A DNA stretch of 64,000 bases from an uncultured Acidimicrobiales bacterium (GTDB lineage Bacteria > Actinomycetota > Acidimicrobiia > Acidimicrobiales > RAAP-2), in assembly GCA_963841925.1 (NCBI GenBank), contig CAWJER010000005.1, positions 34,086-98,085 on the forward strand, written 5' to 3'. Position 1 is the first letter of the stretch. Each line of letters starts with the position of its first letter. The notes beneath the pieces are model-generated. The model saw only the letters and a list, made by a program, of their open reading frames with translations. It was not told the DNA's origin and did no database searches. The position numbers and the translations under genes are program-made. Of the stretch, positions 11,420-20,672 are shown one piece after another.

Positions 11420-12660
11420 GCACCGGTCATCTCGTCGGTCACGCCGGCCGGTGGCCCGGTCGGCGGCGGCACGGCCGTCACGATCAACGGGTTCAACCTG
11501 TCGGGTGCCACCGTCACCGTGGGTGGTTCGGCGCTGACCATCACCTCGGACACCGCCACCTCGATCACCGGCACCACGCCGGCCGGGGCCAGCGGCGCCG
11601 CGGACGTGGTGGTCCACACGGCCAACGGGTCGGCCACCGACTTCGGCGGGTTCACCTACGCGCCGGTGCCCACCGTCACCGGCATCAGCCCGAACAGCGG
11701 CTCGACCGCCGGCGGCACGGCGGTCACGATCACCGGGACCAACCTGGCCAATGCCACGGCGGTCACGGTCGGGGGCAACCCGCTGGTCGTGGCCACCGAC
11801 GCCGCCACCTCGATCACCGGAACCACGCCGGCCGGGACGTCCGGGCCGGCAGCCGTGGCCGTGACGACCTTCGGCGGGACGGCCACCGATGCCGGGGCGT
11901 TCACGTATGTCACGAGCCCGACCATCACCGGCGTGGCCCCGGCAGCGGGGCCGACGGCCGGCGGGACCCCGATCGTGATCTCGGGGGCCAACCTGGCCGG
12001 AGCGACGTCTGTCACGGTCGGAGGGATCACGGTGGTCCCGACCTCGGACACCGCCACATCCATCCAGGTGACGACACCGCTCCATGCCGCTGGGTCGGTC
12101 GACGTGGTGGTCACCACGGCGCTCGGCACGGCGACGGACACGGGTGGGTACACGTACCAGGCGGCCCCCACCGTCAGCGGCATCGTTCCCACCAGCGGTC
12201 CCGCGTCCGGCGGCACGGCAGTCGCGATCACCGGGACCAACCTGGTCGGGGTGACCGGCGTGAGCTTCGGATCGACCGCCGCCGCCAGCTTCACCGTCAA
12301 CTCGTCCACGTCGGTGACGGCCACCTCACCCTCCGGCGGTTCGGGCACCGTCGACATCACGGTGACCACACCGGGCGGGACGTCGGCCCCGGGCACGCCG
12401 GACAAGTTCACCTTCATCCCGGCCCCGGTGGTGTCGGGCGTCACTCCTTCGAGTGGACCGGCCGCCGGCGGCACGACCGTGACCGTCAGCGGTACCAATT
12501 TCACCGGAGCCACCGCCGTCAAGTTCGGGACGACGACCGTGCTGCCGCAGAGCGTCACGGCCACGAGCCTCACGGCCGTCTCGCCGGGTGGGTCCGGCAA
12601 GGTGGACGTCACCGTCACCACGCCGGGAGGGACCTCGGCCACCGTCCTGGCGGATGAATT
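11420..12660 (+). repeat. 5 IPT/TIG-like immunoglobulin-fold repeats
   Basis: Five units of the form P-x-[IV]-[ST]-[GS]-[IV]-x-P-x-x-G-x-x-x-G-G-T-x-[IV]-x-I-x-G-x-N-[LF]...V-x-[VF]-G, for example PVISSVTPAGGPVGGGTAVTINGFNLSGATVTVGG. Confidence 0.65.
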
Positions 12661-12669
12661 CAACTACCT

Positions 12670-15040
12670 CACCGCCCCGGTGATCACCTCTGCGGCACCG
12701 CCGACCTCGACGGTGACGGGGACCGCGTACGGCTTCACCTTCACGGCCTCGGGCAACCCGGCACCCACCTTCGCCCTCGCCACCGGGGCACCGGCGTGGC
12801 TGTCGATCAACTCGACGACCGGGGTGCTGTCCGGCACCGTGCCCGCGGGCATCACCACCTTCACCTACTCGGTGGTGGCCTCCAACGGGGTCACGCCCAC
12901 CGCCACGGCCGGACCCTTCACGGTGGCCGTGTCGTCACCTCCGACGTTCACCACCGACTCCCCGCCGACCACCTCGGTGACCGGGCAGTCCTACAGCTAC
13001 ACGTTCGTCGCCTCGGGCAACCCGGCACCCACCTTCGCCCTGGCCACCGGGGCACCGGTGTGGCTGTCGATCAACTCGACCAGCGGCGCGCTGTCTGGCA
13101 CGGTGCCGGCGGGCATCACCACCTTCACCTACTCGGTGGTGGCCTCCAACGGGACGGCGCCCAACGCCACGGCCGGGCCCTTCACGGTCTCGGCGACGAC
13201 CCCGCCGGCGTTCACCACCGACTCGCCGCCGACCACCTCGGTGACCGGACACGCCTACAGCTACACGTTCGCCGCCTCGGGCAACCCGGCGCCCACCTTC
13301 GCACTGGCCACCGGAGCGCCCGTGTGGCTGTCGGTCAACACGACGACGGGTGCCGTGTCGGGCACCGTGCCGGCGGGCATCACCACCTTCACCTACTCGC
13401 TGGTGGCCTCCAACGGGACGGCGCCCAGCGCCACGGCCGGGCCCTTCGTCGTGGCCGTGTCGTCACCGCCGGCGTTCACCAGTGCGTCACCCCCGACGGT
13501 GGAGACGGCCGGGCAGTCCTACGGCTACACGTTCGCCGCCTCGGGCAACCCCGCTCCCACCTTCGCCTTGGCCACCGGGGCACCGGCCTGGCTGTCGATC
13601 AACCCGACGTCCGGCGCGCTGTCGGGCACGGTGCCGGCGGGCACGACCACCTTCACCTACTCGGTGGTGGCCGCCAACGGGGTCACACCCAACGCCACGG
13701 CCGGGCCCTTCGTCGTGGCCGTGTCGTCTCCTCCCCTGTTCACCACCGACTCGCCGCCGACCACCTCGGTGACCGGACACGCCTACAGCTACACGTTCGC
13801 CGCCTCGGGCAACCCGGCGCCCACCTTCGCCCTGGCCACCGGGGCACCGGCCTGGCTGTCGGTCAACGCGACGACGGGGGCCGTCTCGGGCACGGTGCCG
13901 GCGGGCATCACCACCTTCACCTACTCGGTGGTGGCCTCCAACGGCATCACGCCCAGCGCCACGGCCGGGCCCTTCGTCGTGGCCGTGTCGACACCGCCGG
14001 CGTTCACCACCGACTCCCCGCCGATGTCGGGGACGGCCGGGCAGTCCTACAGCTACACGTTCGCCGCCTCGGGCAACCCCGCTCCCACCTTCGCCCTGGC
14101 CACCGGGGCACCGGCCTGGCTGTCGATCAACCCGACGTCCGGCGCGCTGTCGGGCACGGTGCCGGCGGGCACGACCACCTTCACCTACTCGGTGGTGGCC
14201 GCCAACGGGACGGCGCCCAACGCCACGGCCGGGCCCTTCACGGTGAACGTGCCCGAGGCACCCCTGTTCACCACCGACTCGCCGCCGACCACCTCGGTGA
14301 CCGGACACGCCTACAACTACACGTTCGCCGCCTCGGGCAACCCGGCGCCCACCTTCGCACTGGCCACCGGAGCGCCCGTGTGGCTGTCGGTCAACGCGAC
14401 GACGGGGGCCGTCTCGGGCACGGTGCCGGCGGGCATCACCACCTTCACCTACTCGGTGGTGGCCTCCAACGGCATCACGCCCAGCGCCACGGCCGGGCCC
14501 TTCGTCGTGGCCGTGTCGACACCGCCGGCGTTCACCACCGACTCCCCGCCGCTGTCGGGGACGGCCGGGCAGTCCTACAGCTACACGTTCGCCGCCTCGG
14601 GCAACCCCGCTCCCACCTTCGCCCTGGCCACCGGGGCACCGGCCTGGCTGTCGATCAACCCGACGTCCGGCGCGCTGTCGGGCACGGTGCCGGCGGGCAC
14701 GACCACCTTCACCTACTCGGTGGTGGCCGCCAACGGGACGGCGCCCAACGCCACGGCCGGGCCCTTCACGGTGAACGTGCCCGAGGCACCCCTGTTCACC
14801 ACCGACTCGCCGCCGACCACCTCGGTGACCGGACACGCCTACAGCTACACGTTCGCCGCCTCGGGCAACCCGGCGCCCACCTTCGCACTGGCCACCGGAG
14901 CGCCCGTGTGGCTGTCGGTCAACGCGACGACGGGGGCCGTCTCGGGCACGGTGCCGGCGGGCATCACCACCTTCACCTACTCGGTGGTGGCCTCCAACGG
15001 CATCACGCCCAGCGCCACGGCCGGGCCCTTCGTCGTGGCC
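12670..15040 (+). repeat. 9 putative-Ig (He_PIG-like) 88-aa repeats; the last 6-8 are organised as near-identical 528-bp two-domain tandem units
   Basis: Unit: FTTDSPPTTSVTGHAYSYTFAASGNPAPTFALATGAPxWLSxNxTTGAxSGTVPAGxTTFTYSVVAxNG..ATAGPF. The string caccaccgac recurs at 13741, 14269 and 14797 (period 528 bp), with a more diverged copy starting near 13213. Confidence 0.75.
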
Positions 15041-15715
15041 GCCTACACCCTCCCCGACGCGCCGACAGGCGTCACGGCAACGGCCGGCGTCGGTTCGGCC
15101 CAGGTCTCCTGGACGGAGCCCAGCGGGGGAGGCGCAGCGTCGTCCTTCACCATCGCCTCGAATCCGGCGACCTCGACGACCTCGGTCGGTGGCGCGGCGA
15201 CGACGGCGACGGTCTCGGGACTCCAGCCCGGTGTCTCCTACACCTTCACCGTCACAGCGGTGAACGCCGGTGGCCCGTCGGCGTCGTCGGCGGCCTCCAA
15301 CGCCGTGGTCCCGACGGCGGTGGCGCCGCAGGGGAGCACCAGCGGGTCCGGGACGAACCCGACGGCCTCCACGGCGTCCGGATCCACGACCGTGACCGCC
15401 GCGGCCACGGGCTCCGGTACGGTCACCGTCGCCACCTACCCGTCCGATCCGGTGGCGGCGTTCTCCACGGGCACGGCCTACTTCGACGTGTCGGCCGGAC
15501 CCGGCGCCGACTTCACCGCCCTGAGCTTCCAGGTGTGCGGACTGGACTCGGGACAGAGCGTGTCCTGGTGGGATCCGGCGGCCCAGGCGTGGGAGGCGGT
15601 TTCTGACGTCACCCCGGTGGATGCCTCCGGATGCGCGACCGTGAGCCTCAGTGCCAGCACCAGCCCGAGCATCGGGCAGCTCACGGGGACGGTCTTCGCC
15701 GCCACGCTGGCGACG

Positions 15716-16465
15716 GGCCACGGCTACTGGCTGGTGGCCTCCGACGGCGGCATCTTCGCCTACGGCGACGCCGGCTTCTACGGCTCCACCGGAGCGATGA
15801 CGCTCAACAAGCCGATCGTGGGCATGGCACCGACGCCGTCGGGCCACGGCTACTGGCTGGTGGCCTCCGACGGCGGCATCTTCGCCTACGGCGACGCCGG
15901 CTTCTACGGCTCCACCGGAGCGATGACGCTCAACAAGCCGATCGTGGGCATGGCGGCGACGCCGTCGGGCCACGGCTACTGGCTGGTGGCCTCCGACGGC
16001 GGCATCTTCGCCTACGGCGACGCCGGCTTCTACGGCTCCACCGGAGCGATGACGCTCAACAAGCCGATCGTGGGCATGGCACCGACGCCGTCGGGCCACG
16101 GCTACTGGCTGGTGGCCTCCGACGGCGGCATCTTCGCCTACGGCGACGCCGGCTTCTACGGCTCCACCGGAGCGATGACGCTCAACAAGCCGATCGTGGG
16201 CATGGCGCCGACGCCGTCGGGCCACGGCTACTGGCTGGTGGCCTCCGACGGCGGCATCTTCGCCTACGGCGACGCCGGCTTCTACGGCTCCACCGGAGCG
16301 ATGACGCTCAACAAGCCGATCGTGGGCATGGCGCCGACGCCGTCGGGCCACGGCTACTGGCTGGTGGCCTCCGACGGCGGCATCTTCGCCTACGGCGACG
16401 CCGGCTTCTACGGCTCCACCGGAGCGATGACGCTCAACAAGCCGATCGTGGGCATGGCCACCTGA
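15716..16465 (+). repeat. 6 tandem 126-bp (42-aa) units, almost identical at the DNA level
   Basis: Units start at 15716, 15842, 15968, 16094, 16220 and 16346. Each encodes GHGYWLVASDGGIFAYGDAGFYGSTGAMTLNKPIVGMA(P/A)TPS. Units differ by only 1-2 nt, in the GMA-P/A-T codon region. Confidence 0.9.
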
Positions 16466-16574
16466 CGGGATCGGCCCGGTCAGCTCGGGCGTTCGCGGAC
16501 GGCGTGGTCGGGGCCCTGTAATTGGCGAGGTCCACCCGGGCCGGCCGGGGAACCGTAGCAGGTGGACCGGCCGC

Positions 16575-17459
16575 TCAGGCGGGGACGGGAAGGTCCGGGG
16601 CCAGCCGGGGCCGTCCGGCGCCGTGGTCGGCCCGACGGGTGCCGACGCCGGACCTCGTCTGTCCGAGCACGGACAGGAACCGACCGTCGCCGGCCCGGGC
16701 CACCCGCAGCCACTCGGTCGACAGGAGGTGGTGGAATGCGCCGGCGGGCAGGCCCATGAACGACGGTGCCTCCATGACCTGGCTCGAGTGGGCGGCGACC
16801 GCCAGCAGCTTGCGGTCGAGCTGACCGGAGACGTCGACCCCGACGAGGTCCGGGCCGGGCTCCACGCCCAGCTGTTCGGCGAGCGCCGTCGGCCAGAGGT
16901 CGGGCACCAGCCCCCGACCGAGGAGACGGTGCCGGAGCTGGCGCAGCGCGCTGCGGTCGAGCGTGGCCTCGTAGAGCCCGCAGGCACCGCCCTCGACGCT
17001 GCGGGCGGCGATCTCGTGCACCAGCACGTGGTCGACGTGCCCGTAGATCCCGTTGTCGTCGTAGCTGGTCAGGGCGCTGGCGCCCTCCTCGGCCAGGATG
17101 TGCCGGAAAGCGGCGACGGCGCCGTCCAGGTGGGCCGCGGCCAGTGTGCCCGGACCGAGGCTGCGCCCGGCGGCCACCCCCGGGGGGAGCTCGGGGTCCG
17201 GGTCGGCGTAGCCGGAGTCGCCGTAGCCGAGGAAGGCGACGCGACCGATGCCGAGCACCGAGGCGGCGTCGCGGGTCTCCGCCCGTCGGCGTGCGGCCAG
17301 CTCCTGGCGGGTCGCCCCGGCGCTGGTGCCGCGGTCGCCGTCCGTGGCCACGACGAGGACGACTCGCCACCCGGCCTCGACGGCCCGGACGATGGTTCCA
17401 CCCGTGAAGATCGCCTCGTCGTCGGGGTGGGCGTGGAGGGCCACCAGGACAGGACTCAC
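16575..17459 (-). CDS. PIG-L/LmbE-family N-acetylglucosaminyl deacetylase (MshB/Mca-like)
   Basis: The GTG at 17459 overlaps the rhodanese stop (GTGA). Motifs: VLVALHAHPDDEAIF and YGHVDHV (zinc ligands). The upstream part of ORF 16575..17660 is Arg/Pro filler. Confidence 0.8.
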   Translation of the reverse strand: MSPVLVALHAHPDDEAIFTGGTIVRAVEAGWRVVLVVATDGDRGTSAGATRQELAARRRAETRDAASVLGIGRVAFLGYGDSGYADPDPELPPGVAAGRSLGPGTLAAAHLDGAVAAFRHILAEEGASALTSYDDNGIYGHVDHVLVHEIAARSVEGGACGLYEATLDRSALRQLRHRLLGRGLVPDLWPTALAEQLGVEPGPDLVGVDVSGQLDRKLLAVAAHSSQVMEAPSFMGLPAGAFHHLLSTEWLRVARAGDGRFLSVLGQTRSGVGTRRADHGAGRPRLAPDLPVPA

Positions 17460-17842
17460 AGCCGGACCACCTTGCGCTCGTTCCAGGCCCGCCACGCCAG
17501 GAAGCCACCCTCGAGGTCGGCGGCCGCGGTGAACCCGAGGTCGGCGAGCGACGCCGCCGCCAGGCTCGATGCATAGCCCTCCGAACACACGACCACGACG
17601 CGCTGTCGATGGCCGCGGACCTGCGGGATGCGGTGCTCGCCCGCGGGGTCGAGCCGCCACTCCAGCACGTTGCGCTCGACCACCACGGCACCGTCGAGGT
17701 CGCCCTCCTCGACCCGCTGGGTGAGGGGCCGGATGTCCACGACCAGCGCGCCCTGGGCCACCACCTCGTCGAGCTCCTCCGGCCGGATCCGGTCGATGCG
17801 CCGTCGGGCCTGGGCGACGAGGTCGTCGGGGGTGCGCGTCAT
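17456..17842 (-). CDS. Rhodanese-like sulfurtransferase domain protein
   Basis: 128 aa with the active-site loop VVVCSEGYASS. Its start overlaps the stop of the upstream cupin gene (ATGA). Confidence 0.8.
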   Translation of the reverse strand: MTRTPDDLVAQARRRIDRIRPEELDEVVAQGALVVDIRPLTQRVEEGDLDGAVVVERNVLEWRLDPAGEHRIPQVRGHRQRVVVVCSEGYASSLAAASLADLGFTAAADLEGGFLAWRAWNERKVVRL

Positions 17843-18366
17843 CCGACCAGGAGCCCGTCGCGATAGTGCTCGGTCCGCACGGCTACCAGACCGGCGTCGT
17901 CGATGCTGTCGAAGAAGGTCATGCTCCGGAGCGCGGGCGTGTAGACGTGCACGCTCAGAGCCGGTCCGGGCCCGTCGTTGACCATGTCGTGCACGTGGCC
18001 GGGTCCGAAGACGACGTGCCCACCCTCGCCGACCGGGGTGGAACGGGTGGCGAGCCGCCCGTCGGCCCCCGCGTGCAGCGACGTCTCGACGAGCAGTCCC
18101 GAGGCGACTACCACGGCGCCACCCGAGTCACCGTGGTCGTGGAGCTCGATGGCGCCACCCACGGGCCAGGCCACCACCCACGCCTCGAGGCGGTCGGTGA
18201 TGGCGATGGTCCGCCAGCACCGCTCCACCGGGTCGTCGAGGCCGGGCCACGAGTCGGCCGAGTGGGCGAGACCCTCGGCCACCTCCAGGAGTTCCGCCGG
18301 CCCGAGCGGGCGACGACGGGCGTGGCGTGCGGCGGAATCGGCGTTCCGCCAGGGGGCGATGGTCAC
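17839..18366 (-). CDS. Cysteine dioxygenase type I-like cupin
   Basis: 175 aa with cupin metal motifs (IELHDHGDSGG and GHVHDM). Pairing of a CDO-like gene with a rhodanese gene is a common actinobacterial arrangement. Confidence 0.65.
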   Translation of the reverse strand: MTIAPWRNADSAARHARRRPLGPAELLEVAEGLAHSADSWPGLDDPVERCWRTIAITDRLEAWVVAWPVGGAIELHDHGDSGGAVVVASGLLVETSLHAGADGRLATRSTPVGEGGHVVFGPGHVHDMVNDGPGPALSVHVYTPALRSMTFFDSIDDAGLVAVRTEHYRDGLLVG

Positions 18367-18424
18367 GACAGCTCCTCGGGCTCGGGTCGGGTGTCGGCGG
18401 CACCGGTCGGACGGGACATCGGGA

Positions 18425-19319
18425 TCAGACCGGCTCGTCGCCGCGGAGGGTCACGCGCTCGGATGACGCGGTGCTGGGTGCCGAAGTCACCCACGACCGA
18501 GTGCTGTGTGGCCCGGTTGTCCCAGAACCCGATGTCACCGGGCGACCAGTGGTAGCGGACGGTGAACTCGGGGCGGACCGAGTGGCGGTAGAGGAAGGCC
18601 AGCAGGGCATCGCTCTCGGCGCGTTCGAGCTCGACGATGTGGGAGGTGAAGCCCGGATTGACGAAGAGGGCACGGGCGCCGGTCTCGGGATGGGTCCGCA
18701 CGACCGGGTGGACGACGGGCTCGAGCGCTGGGACCGGAACGCCCTCCCACCGCCCCTCGCCGACGCGGTCGAGCGCCGCCTGGAACTTCGTGCGACCGTC
18801 GTGGACGGCGGTGAGCGTCAGGAGGAAGGACTGGAGGGTGGGGCTGAGGTCCTCGAAGGCGGCGACCTGGTCGCTGAAGACGGTGTCACCGCCCGAGGGC
18901 GGGACGACCACGGCCCGCAGGATCGACCCGAGCGGTGGGCGGCGGACGAAGGTGACGTCGGTGTGCCAGTCCAGACCTTGGCGTCGCGTGGACACATCGC
19001 CGTAGTTGGCGTACACCTCGCGGGCCCGGGAGTAGTCGATCTCGAAGACGTTGGGGGAGCCCGGCAGGCCGGGGATAACCGGGTGGCCCTCGGTGGGCTC
19101 ACCGAACCGGGAGGCGAAGGCCTGATGGCTCCCGGCGTCGAGCTGCTGGCCCGGGAAGAAGACGACCCGTCGGTCGAGCCAGACGCTGCGGATGGCGGCG
19201 ACGGTGGCGTCGTCGAGGTCCCGGAGGTCGAGGCCGTGGATGACGGCACCGATCGTGCCGGACAGCGGGGTGACGTCGAGCGCCACGCGTGCGGTGGCGT
19301 CGGGGCGGGCGATGGTCAT
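18425..19319 (-). pseudogene. TauD/TfdA-family Fe(II)/2-oxoglutarate dioxygenase (taurine/sulfonate dioxygenase-like), frameshift 12 codons before the natural stop
   Basis: Motifs: GLDWHTDVTF (HxD) and FWDNRATQH. After ...GTQHRVI the track ORF runs on as RARDPPRRR... to 18363. The canonical ending ERVTLRGDEPV* is in the adjacent frame (ORF 18425..18673). One extra C on the coding strand at about 18461-18462 explains it. Confidence 0.8.
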
Positions 19320-19456
19320 GACGGCGATTCCTCGACGGTCGGCGACAGGTGGTGACGGGCCGGACGGGACGTCCGCAGGAGGTCGGGGCGGCCGGACACG
19401 GCGCCGTCGGACCCGTCGACGCCGAGGAGTCCATTGCCGAGCGGGTTGTTGTCCAT
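19316..19456 (-). CDS. Candidate 46-aa upstream ORF, translationally coupled to the TauD-like gene
   Basis: ATG at 19456; the TGA overlaps the TauD ATG (ATGA). Translation: MDNNPLGNGLLGVDGSDGAVSGRPDLLRTSRPARHHLSPTVEESPS. About 40 of 46 codons end in G/C, as in real genes here. An AT-rich promoter-like stretch lies just upstream. No homology is known to me. Confidence 0.3.
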   Translation of the reverse strand: MDNNPLGNGLLGVDGSDGAVSGRPDLLRTSRPARHHLSPTVEESPS

Positions 19457-19459
19457 CCG

Positions 19460-19500
19460 TCCAATCTATAGAAATACGATGGACTTAGTCAAGAATAGAT
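19460..19500. promoter_or_regulatory. AT-rich divergent promoter/operator region between the TauD operon and the oxidoreductase gene
   Basis: tccaatctatagaaatacgatggacttagtcaagaatagatc is one of the few AT-rich stretches in the window. It contains the ATCTAT...ATAGAT inverted hexamers. It lies between two divergent gene starts. Confidence 0.3.
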
Positions 19501-19543
19501 CTGCCGGTGAGCACCGGGCCGGGCGGCCACCGACCGGCTCTGC

Positions 19544-20571
19544 TTGACTGGCCCGGTGCCCGACACCTACCGCCGCATCCTGCTCGCCGCCCGTCCCCGC
19601 GGGCTGGTCGACGACTCCACCCTCCGGACCGACGACACCGCCACGGTGCCAGAGCCGGGGGACGGTCAGGCCCTCGTCAAGGTGCAGCACCTCTCGATCG
19701 ACCCCACCATCCGGACCTGGATGGACGACGCTCCGGGGTACCTTCCCCCCATCGGCATCGGCGACGTGGTCCGCAGCGGCGGCACCGGTGAGGTCGTGGC
19801 CAGCCGCACCGGTGCCCTGCCGGTGGGTGCCACGGTCTTCGGCATGCTGGGATGGCAGGAGTACGCACTCGTCGACGGGGCCGACGGGTCGACGACCGTG
19901 GTCCCGCCGGGGATCGACCCGGCCGTCGTCCTCGGCGTCCTCGGCGTCACCGGGATGACCGCCTACTTCGGGCTGAAGGACATCGGGCGGCCCGAGCCCG
20001 GGGACACCGTGGTGGTGTCCGGGGCGGCGGGCGCCACCGGCTCGGTCGTGGGGCAGCTGGCCCGGATCGCCGGCGCGGGCTCCGTGGTGGGCATCGCCGG
20101 GTCCGCCGAGAAGTGCGCGTGGCTCGTCGACGAGCTCGGCTTCGACCACGCCGTCGACTACCACGCCGAGGACGTGGCCGCCCGACTGCGCGCCGTATGC
20201 CCCGGGGGATCGACGTCTACTTCGACAACGTCGGCGGCGAGATCCTCGACGCGTGCCTGGCCAACCTCGCCATGCACGCCCGTGTCGTCCTGTGCGGTGC
20301 GATCTCCCAGTACAACGAGGTCCGGCCCGTGGGACCCCGCAATTACCTCCAGCTGATCGTGAAGAGGTCACGGATGGAGGGGTTCCTGATCCTCGACTAC
20401 CTGGACCGGTTCCCCGCCGCCCAACTCGAGATGGCGGGCTGGGTGATGGAGGGCAGGATCCAGCACCGCGAGCACGTGGTTGACGGGCTGGAGCACGCGG
20501 GTGAAGCGCTCAACCTGCTCTTCAGTGGCGGCAACACCGGCAAGGTGGTCGTCGCCGTCCGACCCCGGTAG
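19544..20571 (+). pseudogene. NADP-dependent oxidoreductase (medium-chain reductase, YncB / leukotriene-B4 12-HD-like), one frameshift
   Basis: N-terminal part in ORF 19544..20356 (...VVVSGAAGATGSVVGQLARIAGA...RLRAVCPGG). C-terminal part in ORF 19852..20571 (IDVYFDNVGGEILDA...NTGKVVVAV). They join as CPGG|IDVYFDNVGG if one G is added to the G5 run at 20204-20208. Confidence 0.8.
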
Positions 20572-20672
20572 GCCCCCCGTCCGGGCCGGTACCGGACCCT
20601 TCGGGACGCGTAGTCCCTGCTCCGCAGGGGGTACTGCGACGGTGTCGCGATTCGCGTCATGCTTGTGGCGCG

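Larger units (their letters stand above)
5323..16465 (+). pseudogene. Giant repeat surface protein (approx. 3,700 aa), a single gene split by one frameshift
   Basis: ORFs 5323..9264 (frame 1) and 8936..16465 (frame 2) carry the same repeat family. They join as ...VTGGVTTPAI(D)AALAASSSTATVSGTVKD... if one nt is removed near 8956-8959. N-terminal hydrophobic segment: LFLVVALGAAVAFTLLLTFL. Domain order read from the translation: 19 CarboxypepD_reg/Cna-B-like repeats, 5 IPT/TIG-like, 9 putative-Ig (He_PIG-like), 1 FN3, an unassigned approx. 130-aa segment, then 6 x 42-aa C-terminal repeats. Confidence 0.85.

Noticed and set aside
12670-16465. Highly regular tandem DNA repeats considered as a CRISPR array.
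   Set aside because: The repeats are 126 bp and 528 bp, contiguous without unique spacers, in frame and protein-coding. No cas genes are nearby.
16529-16568. The inverted repeat GGTCCACC...GGTGGACC between the convergent giant gene and the PIG-L gene, considered as a bidirectional terminator.
   Set aside because: The stem is only 8 bp with a 24-nt loop and no U-tract. That is not distinguishable from chance in this GC background.
2264-16574. A tRNA-Thr-flanked genomic island containing the binding protein, the Wzy_C gene and the giant adhesin.
   Set aside because: I found no integrase, no direct repeat of the tRNA 3' end at the far boundary, and no obvious GC shift. Only the position after a tRNA supports the idea.
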